From an uncultured Pseudomonadota bacterium (GTDB taxonomy: Bacteria > Babelota > Babeliae > Babelales > RVW-14): 64,000 nucleotides of DNA. Position 1 is the stretch's first letter; the number at the start of each line of letters is the position of its first letter. The stretch covers positions 81,145-145,144 of the forward strand of contig CAZGPI010000001.1 in assembly GCA_964527595.1 (NCBI GenBank). The letters are read 5' to 3'. Below, piece after piece: positions 20,182 through 30,495 of this stretch. The notes below the pieces were generated by a model. That model made no database searches, was not told the origin of the DNA, and saw nothing but the letters and a program-made list of their open reading frames with translations. The translations under genes and the position numbers were made by a program.

Positions 20182-21543
20182 TTACAAAAAACGGCTACAA
20201 ATAAAGCAATAAATCAAAACACCCAGAATATCCATAAGGGTCGCCAAAAAAGGCGTTGCCGAGTGCGCCGGATCGATGCCAAGCCGTTCAAGCATAATCG
20301 GAATGAACGCGCCCATCAAAATTGATGTAATGACAATCAAAAACAACGAAAAACTTATAACAACGGCATACAATAAGGAATGTGCGGTAAAAAAGACCCG
20401 CATAAAGCTTACAGCCGCCAATATAGTTGCCATAATTAATGACATGCCAAATTCACGAATCAAGATTTTAACGCCATTTTGACGAGTAATTTCTTTTGTC
20501 GTCAGACCACGAATAACAAGCGTTGCCGACTGGTTTCCAGCATTGCCACCAGTTCCAACAAGCATAGTTAAAAAGAAAGTAATAATTGCGTACTGATTGA
20601 GTAAGGCACCATAATTTGAAAGAATAAGACTTGAAAAGCTTTGTAACAACAACAAGCCAATAAGCCAGGGTAGGCGCTGACGAATAAGGATCCACCACGG
20701 CGTGGCGAAATAGCTGTGTTCCATGGGAGACAATCCAGACATCTTGTAAACGTCTTCACTGCCTTCTTCCCTAATAATCTCATAAACATCATCGGCCGTT
20801 ATTATGCCTAAAAAGTGATGCTCTTTATCGACTACCGGTGCACAAACCAATTCATAATGTTCCATCTGGTTAACAATATCTTCCTGGTCTTCATCCACAT
20901 ATACAAGCAGTTCGTTTTTTTCCATGATTCTTGCAAGAACAATATCGGGCTTACTGAGAACTAATTTATCGAGCGTTATAAAGCCAACCACAATATTTTC
21001 GGCATTTGTTACATAGATACGATGCATAATTTCTTGTGTTGGGCTTAAGCGTTGCAATAACTCAATGGTTCGCTTAACGGTAAAATTGTCTTGCAATGTG
21101 ACCACATCGCTCCGCATACGTCCGCCAGCGGATGATGGGTCGAAACTCAGTAACGATATGATCTGGTTGCGCTGCTTTGAATGGAGTAGCTTAAGATATT
21201 TCTCTAAATCTTCATCTGAAAGATAATCGAATAAATCGGTCAATTTATCTACTGGCAGGTCCTTTAGGATGATCGCTGCCGCTTCGCTGTCAAGATTAAC
21301 CAGCAGATTTGCTTGAACATCTTCAGGTATTTTTTCAAACACCTTAACACCAAGTTCAAGCGGCAATTTTTTAAACAATTTAATCTGATATCCAAACTCC
21401 AATTGACCAATAAGCATGGCAACGTCGGCCGGATGTTGTTGAAGCAATATGTGCCACAAGTCTTTCCCGAGCCCAGAGTCTTCACTGATAATTGTCTCTA
21501 TATTATTTTCTATCTGTAGAAGGATTTTTTTTATTAACAGCAT
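20182..21543 (-). CDS. mgtE: magnesium transporter MgtE
   Basis: The architecture is an N-terminal MgtE-N region, CBS pair and 5-TM C-terminus (GNAGNQSATLVIRGL, PFLATLMDI). The track start at 21549 is GTG. The ATG at 21543 has better spacing to GGAAGG. Confidence 0.9.
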   Translation of the reverse strand: MLLIKKILLQIENNIETIISEDSGLGKDLWHILLQQHPADVAMLIGQLEFGYQIKLFKKLPLELGVKVFEKIPEDVQANLLVNLDSEAAAIILKDLPVDKLTDLFDYLSDEDLEKYLKLLHSKQRNQIISLLSFDPSSAGGRMRSDVVTLQDNFTVKRTIELLQRLSPTQEIMHRIYVTNAENIVVGFITLDKLVLSKPDIVLARIMEKNELLVYVDEDQEDIVNQMEHYELVCAPVVDKEHHFLGIITADDVYEIIREEGSEDVYKMSGLSPMEHSYFATPWWILIRQRLPWLIGLLLLQSFSSLILSNYGALLNQYAIITFFLTMLVGTGGNAGNQSATLVIRGLTTKEITRQNGVKILIREFGMSLIMATILAAVSFMRVFFTAHSLLYAVVISFSLFLIVITSILMGAFIPIMLERLGIDPAHSATPFLATLMDILGVLIYCFICSRFL

Positions 21544-21670
21544 CTTCACCCTTCCGGATCAAAAAACGTTTTACCCTACCACCCAATTGACTTAAATCTA
21601 CTGGAAAATATACTATAAGAGAATGGTTCCTTTATATTATCCCTATTTTAGCAGAAATTAAAGATTTATC

Positions 21671-22597
21671 ATGAATGGCAAAACAGAAAAACTTATATGC
21701 ACCGTCGATCATATTGGCTCGCGTTTAGATAAATTCATCTTTACCAATTTTCCCGATTATTCGCGCACCTATTTTCATGACCTTATTCAAGATGGCCATA
21801 TCACCGTAAATGACAAACCGGCCGCTAAACCAAGCTATACATTAAAAGCTGACGATGTTATCTCAATCACGTTCCCACCGGTCAAAGCATATGACCTCAC
21901 CCCAAAAAAAGTTGATTTTGAAGTAATCGATGTCCAACCAGATTTTATCGTTATCAATAAACCTGCCGGCCTTGTTGTTCATGCTAGTGACAGCAATAAA
22001 GACGAAGTCTCCTTGGTAAATGGCCTCCTTTATTATTTTCAAGAACTCAAGGATCTTCTTGTTGGTACCGATGATTACCGTCCCGGGATTGTTCATCGTA
22101 TCGACCGCGACACATCTGGGCTCCTTATTGTTGCGCGAACGCAAAAAGGTCAAATTGCACTCAGCAAGATGTTTCACGACCGCTACATTCACAAAACCTA
22201 TCTTGCTGTTGTTGAAGGACACTCGCCACACGATGGACGTATTACACTATCAATTGGACGCGACGCAAAAGAACGACACAAAATGTCGCACGCTGGCATA
22301 TGCAGCCGCGACGCTTTAACCAACTACTCAACACTTGCATATTACCCAGAAAATTCATTAATAGCGGCCAATATCATTACCGGTCGCACACATCAGATAA
22401 GAGTTCACTTTTCAGCCATCGGTCACCCGCTCGTTGGCGACCAAACATATGGCAAAAAAAGCCACTTTATCAGTCGCCAAGCGCTCCATGCTTGGAACAT
22501 GTCCTTTACATATCAGGGCAAGGAATATACCTATCGATGCCCAATGCCTCAGGACATGAAGCTTTTGGTTGAAAAATTAAAAACACTTCCTATATAA
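21671..22597 (+). CDS. rluD: RluA-family 23S rRNA pseudouridine synthase (RluD-like)
   Basis: An S4-like N-terminus is followed by the HRIDRDTSGLL catalytic motif and GRTHQIRVH. Confidence 0.85.
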   Translation: MNGKTEKLICTVDHIGSRLDKFIFTNFPDYSRTYFHDLIQDGHITVNDKPAAKPSYTLKADDVISITFPPVKAYDLTPKKVDFEVIDVQPDFIVINKPAGLVVHASDSNKDEVSLVNGLLYYFQELKDLLVGTDDYRPGIVHRIDRDTSGLLIVARTQKGQIALSKMFHDRYIHKTYLAVVEGHSPHDGRITLSIGRDAKERHKMSHAGICSRDALTNYSTLAYYPENSLIAANIITGRTHQIRVHFSAIGHPLVGDQTYGKKSHFISRQALHAWNMSFTYQGKEYTYRCPMPQDMKLLVEKLKTLPI

Positions 22598-22639
22598 AAA
22601 ACAAAATCACGAAATCCAAGCTCTTTTTAGGAATTTATC

Positions 22640-23170
22640 ATGTTCAAACGTTTGCATACTGTTATTTTCGTTAGCCTTTTTCTCATCACTACTACACCAA
22701 TAATGATTAATGCTATGCCTTCGGCATCACCGGCGTCATCAAAAGGTGCTGCTGCCTCAATTACAAAGGGCGTATTAAGCGTCATCGTTGCTGGTGGCTT
22801 TAATATGAACACCCAAGATGAAAATGGAAGCTCGCCATTGCATTATGCGGTGCGCACGTCCCCACTTCCTGTTTTTAAAATAATTCTTGAGAGCGGAATT
22901 AACGTCGATCTTATAGATAAAAATGGCCAAACAGCTCTGCATCTTGCTGTAATTGCCAACGAATTAAAAAGGGTTGACGATCTCCTTCGCCATGGAGCTC
23001 GCGTTGACATTAAAGATAACGACGGTAAAGATGCTCTTTATTACAGTCACGGGGAAGTGAGACTCCTTATTCAGCAATATGTTGATGTTTCACCGCACGA
23101 TATTGTTATCACTTTTCCAGAAGATTACCCGCCTATTGCCGACGATTCCCGTGGTTGTATTGTACAATAA
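22640..23170 (+). CDS. exported ankyrin-repeat protein ending in CaaX box (CIVQ)
   Basis: A leader is followed by three ANK repeats (GSSPLHYAV..., GQTALHLAV..., GKDALYYS). The C-terminal four residues are C-I-V-Q (23156-23167). Confidence 0.85.
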   Translation: MFKRLHTVIFVSLFLITTTPIMINAMPSASPASSKGAAASITKGVLSVIVAGGFNMNTQDENGSSPLHYAVRTSPLPVFKIILESGINVDLIDKNGQTALHLAVIANELKRVDDLLRHGARVDIKDNDGKDALYYSHGEVRLLIQQYVDVSPHDIVITFPEDYPPIADDSRGCIVQ

Positions 23171-23177
23171 TTAGTTA

Positions 23178-24338
23178 ATGGGGTTTACAATGTTCAGATT
23201 TTCACGCGCCAACGTTATCAGCACAGCCTTATTCATCATTTCAATGTTGGCTTTTCTAAGTGCAATGGAATCCCAGGATCCAAGAATTCCAGATTATATT
23301 CTTGCCGAAGACAATATGTTTGCTCTGGCGCGTTCTTTTTACCCAGAATTTTGTCCAAAATCAACAATGGTTGATTTTATGCGCATAACAGAATCGCTTG
23401 CCGAAAAATCAACCGCCCTGGCAACAACTGAAGCTCAACGGCTTCTTGCTCGGCTAATCACAAAGCCAGAACAAATTGAACGAGTTGCGCACCCCGCCGA
23501 CCCACAATATGCTCTTGATATTCGCATACATCACCCAGCACTGTTTGCCGCGGCCATTGGAAATGGTTATTTAATTGAGTTTATTGGACTAGAAACAATT
23601 CCGCTTAATAATTTCATCAATCCATATAATGGCCTTTCGGTTTTTCATTATGCTGCTTACTACAATCAACCAGGCATGTCATGGTATCTTGCAACAATAG
23701 ATGCCCTCGAACGAGAAGAACCAATTGACTTAGATATTATGGATGGCCAAAGCAATACTCAACTTCATATCGCCGCAAAACAAGGTCATGCTCATTATGT
23801 GAGGCAAGCGCTGATAACCGGAGCCCGAGCCAATGCGCGTAATGGCACCGGCCAAACACCATTTGCGCTAGCCGCCAATGAAGAAACACGCAACGTTATA
23901 ACTGAACATCTTCAGAGTCTTACGAGTGGCGATCAAAGCAAAAAAAACGCCTTTGCGACAGGAAACACATCTCGAGATATGGCTTTTATTCGCGCAATTG
24001 AAATAAGTGCAACGGACCAGGAAGCGACAATAAAGACAGAAAAGCTCTTGAAACAACACGACCTTAACGTCAACGCTCAGGATATTAATGGGTGCACCGC
24101 TTTACATTTGGCTGCAAAAAAGAATTTTGAATCAACATATCAGTGCCTCCTTAAACGAAAAGATATCAATATTAACGCCCGAGACAATGAAAATCACACA
24201 GCCAAAGACTATGGCCTAGAAGAAACAAGACAAGACGTCGCTACAGGGCTGGTTAACGTACAAACGCAAACAGATCAAGAGACAGACATTCCGCAAATTG
24301 ATGACCTTCAAGAGCTCGTTGTGTGTTCTGTCCAATAG
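23178..24338 (+). CDS. exported ankyrin-repeat protein ending in CaaX box (CSVQ)
   Basis: A leader is followed by ANK repeats (NTQLHIAAKQGHAHYV, GQTPFALAA, GCTALHLAAKKNF). The C-terminal four residues are C-S-V-Q (24324-24335). An alternative ATG lies at 23190. Confidence 0.8.
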   Translation: MGFTMFRFSRANVISTALFIISMLAFLSAMESQDPRIPDYILAEDNMFALARSFYPEFCPKSTMVDFMRITESLAEKSTALATTEAQRLLARLITKPEQIERVAHPADPQYALDIRIHHPALFAAAIGNGYLIEFIGLETIPLNNFINPYNGLSVFHYAAYYNQPGMSWYLATIDALEREEPIDLDIMDGQSNTQLHIAAKQGHAHYVRQALITGARANARNGTGQTPFALAANEETRNVITEHLQSLTSGDQSKKNAFATGNTSRDMAFIRAIEISATDQEATIKTEKLLKQHDLNVNAQDINGCTALHLAAKKNFESTYQCLLKRKDININARDNENHTAKDYGLEETRQDVATGLVNVQTQTDQETDIPQIDDLQELVVCSVQ

Positions 24339-24557
24339 ATTAATTGAATAAAAAAACAACCGGACAAGAGTCCCAAATAAGTTTTGACTTTTATTTAAAA
24401 AAGCGGCAAAATGTAATCGTTATTTACTAGATTAATTAAGGAGAACTCGTATTTTTCTGCCTAAAACGCACAAAAATCAGCTTCTGGGTTAAAAGTAATG
24501 AGAAAATTAGGAAAAACGGGTTATTTCATTCTAAATAATAAGCAGTAAGGATTTAGC

Positions 24558-24821
24558 ATGGCAACGAGTAAAGGTGGCGGTTCTACAAGTAACGGCCGCG
24601 ATAGTCAAAGCAAACGTCTTGGTTGCAAGCGTTTTGATGGTCAAATCGTAAATTGTGGCACCATTTTGGTACGTCAACGTGGAACAAGACATCATCCAGG
24701 TAAGAATGTTAAGCGTGGAAGCGACGATACATTATTTGCAGTGGCCAATGGCATTGTTAAATATCATTCAGGATTAAAAGGAAGAAGGTTTGTTTCTATT
24801 TTTCCAGCAGAAGCAAACTAA
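24558..24821 (+). CDS. rpmA: 50S ribosomal protein L27
   Basis: The sequence [25 protein letters not shown]...VRQRGT is diagnostic. The SD is TAAGGA. Confidence 0.95.
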   Translation: MATSKGGGSTSNGRDSQSKRLGCKRFDGQIVNCGTILVRQRGTRHHPGKNVKRGSDDTLFAVANGIVKYHSGLKGRRFVSIFPAEAN

Positions 24822-24876
24822 TTAGGTGAGAGATAGAAGAGTAGTGAATAATTAAGTCATTTTTTGTGGAGAGACG

Positions 24877-25791
24877 ATGCAATTTACAACCGAGTCTGTA
24901 AAATATCGCTTTGATTTTTTGAAGTTACGTTATGTATGGCTAGTTGTTTCAATTGCATATTTGGTTGTCGGCATCGGCGCTTATGTAATGTTCGGTGGTT
25001 TTAAATACCACATCGACTTTACTGGTGGAGCCGAAATCCGTCTTTCTTTTGAAAAATCTGTCGATATTGTCCAACTTCGCGCAGTTATCGGTGAAGGTGG
25101 CTGGAAAGACTCAGTTATCCAAGAAACGGGAACAGACAAGCGCGACTTTATGATCCGCTTGGGTGGCGATCTTGATGCTAACCTCGAACCAAAAATCGTT
25201 GAGGCTTTAAAGACCGGCATTGCTGGCAATAAAGCAACAATCGTAGGCATGTCCAAGGTTGGCGCCGAAGTTCGATCTGAAACAACGTGGAATGCAATAA
25301 AGGCTGTTTTATTAGCCATGTTGATTCTGTTGCTTTACATTGCCATTCGCTTTGAGTTTCGCTTTGGTTTAGGGGCTGTGGTTGCCTTGGCTCACGATCT
25401 TTTGGCAATCCTTGCGTTCTTAGTTTTAACCAGAACACAGGTGTCGTTGGATGTTTTGGCCGCCATGATGGCTATTCTGGGATATTCAGTCCATGATACC
25501 ATCGTTATTTTTAGCAGAATACGAGAAAACATGAAAAAGTTGCCGAATCTATCTGAATATGATATTGTCAACTTGAGTATTAATCAAACATTGAGTCGTA
25601 CTCTTCTGACTAGTTTTGCAACATTGCTTTCGGTTGTTGCCATTTTGATTCTAGGTGGAGAAACGTTACGCGGCTTGTCACTCATTATGTTTGTCGGTAT
25701 AATCGTTGGTACTTATTCATCGATTTACATTGCAAGTCCTGTAATGTTGGCTGCTCGAGCAAAAAAACAAGCAAAAATTGAATCGGTATAA
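24877..25791 (+). CDS. secF: protein translocase subunit SecF
   Basis: The IDFTGGAEI motif and a 6-TM layout are present (HDTIVIFSRIREN). No secD is adjacent. Confidence 0.9.
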   Translation: MQFTTESVKYRFDFLKLRYVWLVVSIAYLVVGIGAYVMFGGFKYHIDFTGGAEIRLSFEKSVDIVQLRAVIGEGGWKDSVIQETGTDKRDFMIRLGGDLDANLEPKIVEALKTGIAGNKATIVGMSKVGAEVRSETTWNAIKAVLLAMLILLLYIAIRFEFRFGLGAVVALAHDLLAILAFLVLTRTQVSLDVLAAMMAILGYSVHDTIVIFSRIRENMKKLPNLSEYDIVNLSINQTLSRTLLTSFATLLSVVAILILGGETLRGLSLIMFVGIIVGTYSSIYIASPVMLAARAKKQAKIESV

Positions 25792-25919
25792 AGAAGCGAA
25801 CATTCTCTTCCCCAAAAAATCCTTGTCCTTTTGAGTAAGCTGTTATCGTAATTGATTTGCTTACTCTTTTACAAATTGTTTAATGTCATCTTTCTTAACC
25901 TCTTAACATTTTTAATATT

Positions 25920-27509
25920 ATGGCTGCTCAAAATAAACTCGATAAAACGGTCGTAGCTGCACCAAATGACGCTCTTAAGAAGGATGTTCATGCCTCAAGC
26001 AAAAGCACTCCTCCTGAGCCAGCTGTTGTTGCTAAAGAAACAATAAAAGAACCTCGTGCAAGCAAGGAAGTCTCGGCTCCCGCACAGGCAAACAATCAAT
26101 CGCGTGTTTCTTCTGGTGAAAATCAAAAAGCCGCACCGCAGCCAACAACCCCAGCTCCTCGCGGTGGTACTTCGGCTCGACCTGAGGCGCGTACTCCCCA
26201 AGCACAAGCTCCCGTAGAAAATATCGTTAAGACGTCTATGAATGTTCAAGAACTCAAAGAAATGAACATTACCAGCCTCATTAATTATGCTCAGGGATTA
26301 GGACTTCCCGAAGTTGCAGCATTAAAAAAACAAGAAATTATTTTCAGAATTCTCGAATCACAATCCGAACAAAGAGTTGAGATTTTTGGCGAAGGAATTC
26401 TTGAACGATTACCTGATGGTTTTGGCTTTTTGCGTTCAGCTAAATTTAGCTATGTCCCTGGTCCAGATGATATTTATGTATCGCCAGCACATATTAAGCG
26501 CTTTGGGTTAAGAACCGGTGACGTTATTAAGGGTACAATTCGCAAGCCAAAAGAAGGCGAAAAATATTTTGCATTGCAGCGCGTTGATGCGGTTAACTAC
26601 CAGTCGCCAACGTTGGCTCCATGCAGAACTGTTTTTGAAAATTTGACGCCACTTTTTCCTAATAAGCAATTTAACTTAGAAGCTGATCCTACCGTTATAT
26701 CTACTAGAATGATGGACATGTTAACGCCTGTTGGTAAAGGCCAACGTGGCTTAATTGTTGCCCCACCTAAAACGGGTAAAACAACACTTTTAAAGGAAAT
26801 CGCCAACACTATTTTGGCCAATCATCCTGAAATTATCATGATCATCCTTTTGATTGATGAACGCCCAGAAGAAGTAACCGATATGGAACGTTCGGTTAAA
26901 GCGGAGGTTGTAAGCTCAACATTTGATGAATACGCAACGCGCCACGTACAAGTTGCCGAAATTGTGCTTGAAAAGGCAAAGCGCTTGGTTGAAAGTGGTT
27001 GCGATGTTGTTATTCTCCTTGATTCGTTAACACGTCTTGCTCGAGCCTACAATACCTTGGCGCCATCGTCTGGTAAAGTGCTTACTGGCGGTATTGATGC
27101 CAGTGCCTTACAAAGACCAAAACGCTTCTTTGGTGCCGCTCGTAACGTTGAAGAAGGCGGTTCATTAACGATTTTGGCAACAGCTTTGGTTGAAACTGGT
27201 TCCCGCATGGATGAAGTTATTTTTGAAGAATTTAAAGGTACGGGTAACATGGAAATACATCTGACCCGTAAATTAACCAATCGTCGTGTTTATCCTGCAT
27301 TCGATCTACAGGCATCCGGTACGCGTCGTGAAGAACTTATGATGAGTGAAGATGGCGTTAAAAATATGTGGGTATTGCAAAAATTCATGTCAACAATGAA
27401 CACCATGGAAGGCATGGATTTCTTGATTGATAAGATGCGCAAGACAAAAACGAACAGCGAGTTCTGGGATTTAATGTTCAAGAAAAAAATCGATAAAGAT
27501 ATTAAGTAA
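25920..27509 (+). CDS. rho: transcription termination factor Rho with about 105-aa low-complexity N-terminal extension
   Basis: The canonical Rho sequence starts at [20 protein letters not shown], Walker A ([10 protein letters not shown]), IDERPEEV and the C-terminus [13 protein letters not shown] are present. Confidence 0.95.
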   Translation: MAAQNKLDKTVVAAPNDALKKDVHASSKSTPPEPAVVAKETIKEPRASKEVSAPAQANNQSRVSSGENQKAAPQPTTPAPRGGTSARPEARTPQAQAPVENIVKTSMNVQELKEMNITSLINYAQGLGLPEVAALKKQEIIFRILESQSEQRVEIFGEGILERLPDGFGFLRSAKFSYVPGPDDIYVSPAHIKRFGLRTGDVIKGTIRKPKEGEKYFALQRVDAVNYQSPTLAPCRTVFENLTPLFPNKQFNLEADPTVISTRMMDMLTPVGKGQRGLIVAPPKTGKTTLLKEIANTILANHPEIIMIILLIDERPEEVTDMERSVKAEVVSSTFDEYATRHVQVAEIVLEKAKRLVESGCDVVILLDSLTRLARAYNTLAPSSGKVLTGGIDASALQRPKRFFGAARNVEEGGSLTILATALVETGSRMDEVIFEEFKGTGNMEIHLTRKLTNRRVYPAFDLQASGTRREELMMSEDGVKNMWVLQKFMSTMNTMEGMDFLIDKMRKTKTNSEFWDLMFKKKIDKDIK

Positions 27510-27517
27510 CAAGTAAA

Positions 27518-27549
27518 ATCAGCCGCCGGTAGAGGCGGCTGATTTTTTT
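27518..27549 (+). terminator. intrinsic terminator after rho
   Basis: atcagccgcc-ggtaga-ggcggctgat is a 10-bp GC-rich stem followed by T6. Confidence 0.8.
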
Positions 27550-27561
27550 AAGGTTTTTGCT

Positions 27562-28602
27562 ATGTTGATTCTTGGAATTGAAACATCGTGTGACGAAACA
27601 GGCGTTGCTGTTTATGATACTAAACAGCAAAAAATAATTTCGCATGAACTTTTTTCACAAATCAAAGAACATGAACTATATGGTGGTGTAGTCCCTGAAA
27701 TTGCATCACGTTCACAACTTGAAAAAATTCATCCTTTGGTTACCACCGCCCTCGCTCATGCCAATACACAAATCGCTGATATTGATGTTGTTACCGTAAC
27801 ATCATCGCCTGGTCTTGCCGGTGCTTTATTTGTTGGCTTATGTTATGCCAAGGGAATTGCATGGGCATTGAACAAAAAATTGATAGGAATAAATCACCTT
27901 GAAGGCCATATATATTCGTCGTTTTTGACCCCCGATGGTTCGCTTGGCAATGTTCCATTTCCTCATATTTGCTTGTCCGTTTCTGGTGGTCACACAGCCA
28001 TGTATTTGGTCGAAGGTTTTAATGAATACCATTCGATAGGCCATACTATTGACGACGCCGCTGGCGAGGCATTTGATAAAATCGCCAAAATTCTTGGGTT
28101 TAGCTATCCAGGTGGTCCGATGATTGAACGATTAGCCGAGACTGGCGGTTTTATTGATCACTTTAAGTATCCACGAACAAAAAATCTTAATGACGAAATA
28201 TTTTTTAGCTTTTCTGGCTTAAAAACTGCCGTTTTATATGACCTTGTAAAACGTGGTGCGTACGACTTTAAAGCCGGAACTATTGTACAAGTAATGACAC
28301 CAGAATTGCAGCAAAAGGTTTCCAGCTCACTCCTCATATGTATCGCCGATATTTTTGAAAACAATGTGCGATGTGCTCTGAATAAATATCCGCAAGCAAA
28401 AGCGGTAACCTTTACCGGTGGAGTAGCTTGCAATAAATATTTGCGCGGTAGACTTGAAACATATTGTCATCGAAGAAATAAAAACTTTGTTGCAGCGCCT
28501 ATGCGCTTTTGCGGCGATAATGGAGCAATGATTGCTTTAGTCGGTGCATTTAAAGCCGAACAAAATCTATATGATGATTTCTTTATTGATATTCAGCCGT
28601 AA
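27562..28602 (+). CDS. tsaD: tRNA N6-threonylcarbamoyl-adenosine transferase TsaD
   Basis: Motifs present are ILGIETSCDETGVAV, INHLEGHI, SGGHT and GDNGAMIA. Confidence 0.93.
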   Translation: MLILGIETSCDETGVAVYDTKQQKIISHELFSQIKEHELYGGVVPEIASRSQLEKIHPLVTTALAHANTQIADIDVVTVTSSPGLAGALFVGLCYAKGIAWALNKKLIGINHLEGHIYSSFLTPDGSLGNVPFPHICLSVSGGHTAMYLVEGFNEYHSIGHTIDDAAGEAFDKIAKILGFSYPGGPMIERLAETGGFIDHFKYPRTKNLNDEIFFSFSGLKTAVLYDLVKRGAYDFKAGTIVQVMTPELQQKVSSSLLICIADIFENNVRCALNKYPQAKAVTFTGGVACNKYLRGRLETYCHRRNKNFVAAPMRFCGDNGAMIALVGAFKAEQNLYDDFFIDIQP

Positions 28603-28607
28603 CTTTT

Positions 28608-29375
28608 CTACTGAGCAAGCGTCAGCTTTACCTTTGCCGACGGTTGCTTAACTTCTTCTCGCACTTCTTCATGAAATACCATGGAATCTAACGATGTTAA
28701 TAGCGATTTTGCAGCAGCGCGATCAGTTGTTTTGTTTTTTATTTCTTTTTTCAAAATAATTTTCGGTAGTTTGATAAAGTTGCTTGCTAGATTAACGTTC
28801 CATGTATCCAGGTGGTCAACATATTTTGGATCAACAAGAACAATAATTGCATTGGTTGGTATGATTAATTGTTTTTTACTTAAATCTTTTTCGCGTTGAA
28901 CCCAAGATCCGCCAAATGATCCTCTTTTTTTAAAGGTATAACATTTATAGCTTTTATCGGCAAAAAGACGCAGACCGTTTACGTTATTATGCTGATCAAA
29001 ATCCTGCCTGAGTGTTTTTGCTATAACAAGCGTATATTTTTCAAGCTGATCCTCTTCAACGGGGATTGAAAAAAAGCCATCTTCATCGCTCATTGTTTCC
29101 TTACCTTCAAAACAAACTCTAAATTTAGGGAAGTTTTTGTTATAAGGTTCCTCACTAAAGGCAAGACATCCCTTTATCATAAGCGGTCCGTTTCCGTGAC
29201 AAGATCTGAATATTTTTTTTGGTTGCTCGGCTTGATGATTTACCCCTGGATTCGATTGCGGTTGCGGCGTTTGTTGTATGTTTTTTAAGAATTCAAGTGG
29301 AGTAAATGCATTACTTGTAGCAAATATTACAAATAGGCAGATCGTAACCGAAATAAGCGAAGTTGAGCGACTCAT
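28608..29375 (-). CDS. exported hypothetical protein
   Basis: The ATG is preceded by AGGAGAGG and followed by a signal peptide (ICLFVIFATSNA). No domain is recognised. FEGKETMSDEDGFFSIPV faintly recalls a carboxypeptidase-regulatory beta-sandwich. Confidence 0.55.
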   Translation of the reverse strand: MSRSTSLISVTICLFVIFATSNAFTPLEFLKNIQQTPQPQSNPGVNHQAEQPKKIFRSCHGNGPLMIKGCLAFSEEPYNKNFPKFRVCFEGKETMSDEDGFFSIPVEEDQLEKYTLVIAKTLRQDFDQHNNVNGLRLFADKSYKCYTFKKRGSFGGSWVQREKDLSKKQLIIPTNAIIVLVDPKYVDHLDTWNVNLASNFIKLPKIILKKEIKNKTTDRAAAKSLLTSLDSMVFHEEVREEVKQPSAKVKLTLAQ

Positions 29376-29489
29376 AAGCCTCTCCTATTTTTATCTAAAC
29401 ATGTGATTTCTCTTTTCATATATGCTATCTTAATCTTATGATTTAATAAATCTTTTGTTTACTATAGAAGATATAATGGAGTTGTTTCA

Positions 29490-30035
29490 ATGTTTGGGGA
29501 AAAAAAATTACGCGAGCTTTTTAATAAAGCGTTACGTGAAGGATGGACACCTAAACAACTTGCCTTGTCGGTGGCGGTTGGTCTGTATGTTGCATTTTCA
29601 CCATTTCCTCTTTTTCACACCGTTTTGATGATTGGTTTAAAGTTTCTTTTACGTTTAAATTTACCTATTCTTTTTATAGCAACATCGGTCAATAATCCAT
29701 GGACTATGGTCCCCTTGTATACATTGGATTATGCCTTTGGTTATTGGTTGGTGCATCATGTTCTGGGATGGACTCCGCTATTGACCATTTCGTTGGAAAA
29801 AATATTTGGGTCGGGGTCTGTTTGCGTCTGGTCATTTTTAATTGGTGGTAATATTCTTGGATTGCTTGCTGCTGGAATAAGTTACCCAATATTTCGTGTT
29901 ATTTTTGGACGTATTGTTGGCACTAAACAAACCGCCGACATTGGTATTGTCCCCGCTTTTCGTGAGCCTGTAGTCGTTGATATTAATGGGGTCCATAATT
30001 CTGAGAATCATAACCAAGATATGAGGTCGCTATGA
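29490..30035 (+). CDS. DUF2062-like integral membrane protein
   Basis: PKQLALSVAVGLYVAFSPF...HT is followed by 3-4 TM segments. The stop overlaps the smpB start. Confidence 0.6.
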   Translation: MFGEKKLRELFNKALREGWTPKQLALSVAVGLYVAFSPFPLFHTVLMIGLKFLLRLNLPILFIATSVNNPWTMVPLYTLDYAFGYWLVHHVLGWTPLLTISLEKIFGSGSVCVWSFLIGGNILGLLAAGISYPIFRVIFGRIVGTKQTADIGIVPAFREPVVVDINGVHNSENHNQDMRSL

Positions 30036-30487
30036 TGGTTATAGCTTCTAATAAAAAAGTATATTATGACTATGAAATAATTGAAACACTTGAAGCTGGC
30101 CTTGTTTTATCAGGAGATGAAGTCAAGTCAATTCGCAAGCGCCAGGTTACGATTAACGATGCCTTTGCAACCATACACAATGGTGAATTGTCATTGATTA
30201 ACTGTAACATCACCCCCTACTCTCATGCCTACACCAAAAGTGAAGCCCAAGCCAAACGCTCACGTAAATTGCTTTTGCACAAAAAAGAACTCAATCGCTT
30301 GATTGGTGACATATCACGCAAGGGAATAACAATCGTTCCGTTAAAGATGTATTTTAATGATCGCGGTTTTGTTAAGGTTGAGCTTGGAATCGCCAAACAT
30401 AAGAAAAAATTTGATAAAAAACAAGACATCAAAGAGCGTGATCTTTGCCGAGAAGCTTCTCGCGAGATTAAAGTCCGCTTGCGTTAG
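30032..30487 (+). CDS. smpB: SsrA-binding protein SmpB
   Basis: Motifs present are NKKVYYDYEI, LSGDEVKSIR, RSRKLLLHKKE and a basic C-tail. Confidence 0.93.
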   Translation: MMVIASNKKVYYDYEIIETLEAGLVLSGDEVKSIRKRQVTINDAFATIHNGELSLINCNITPYSHAYTKSEAQAKRSRKLLLHKKELNRLIGDISRKGITIVPLKMYFNDRGFVKVELGIAKHKKKFDKKQDIKERDLCREASREIKVRLR

Positions 30488-30495
30488 GGGATGGA

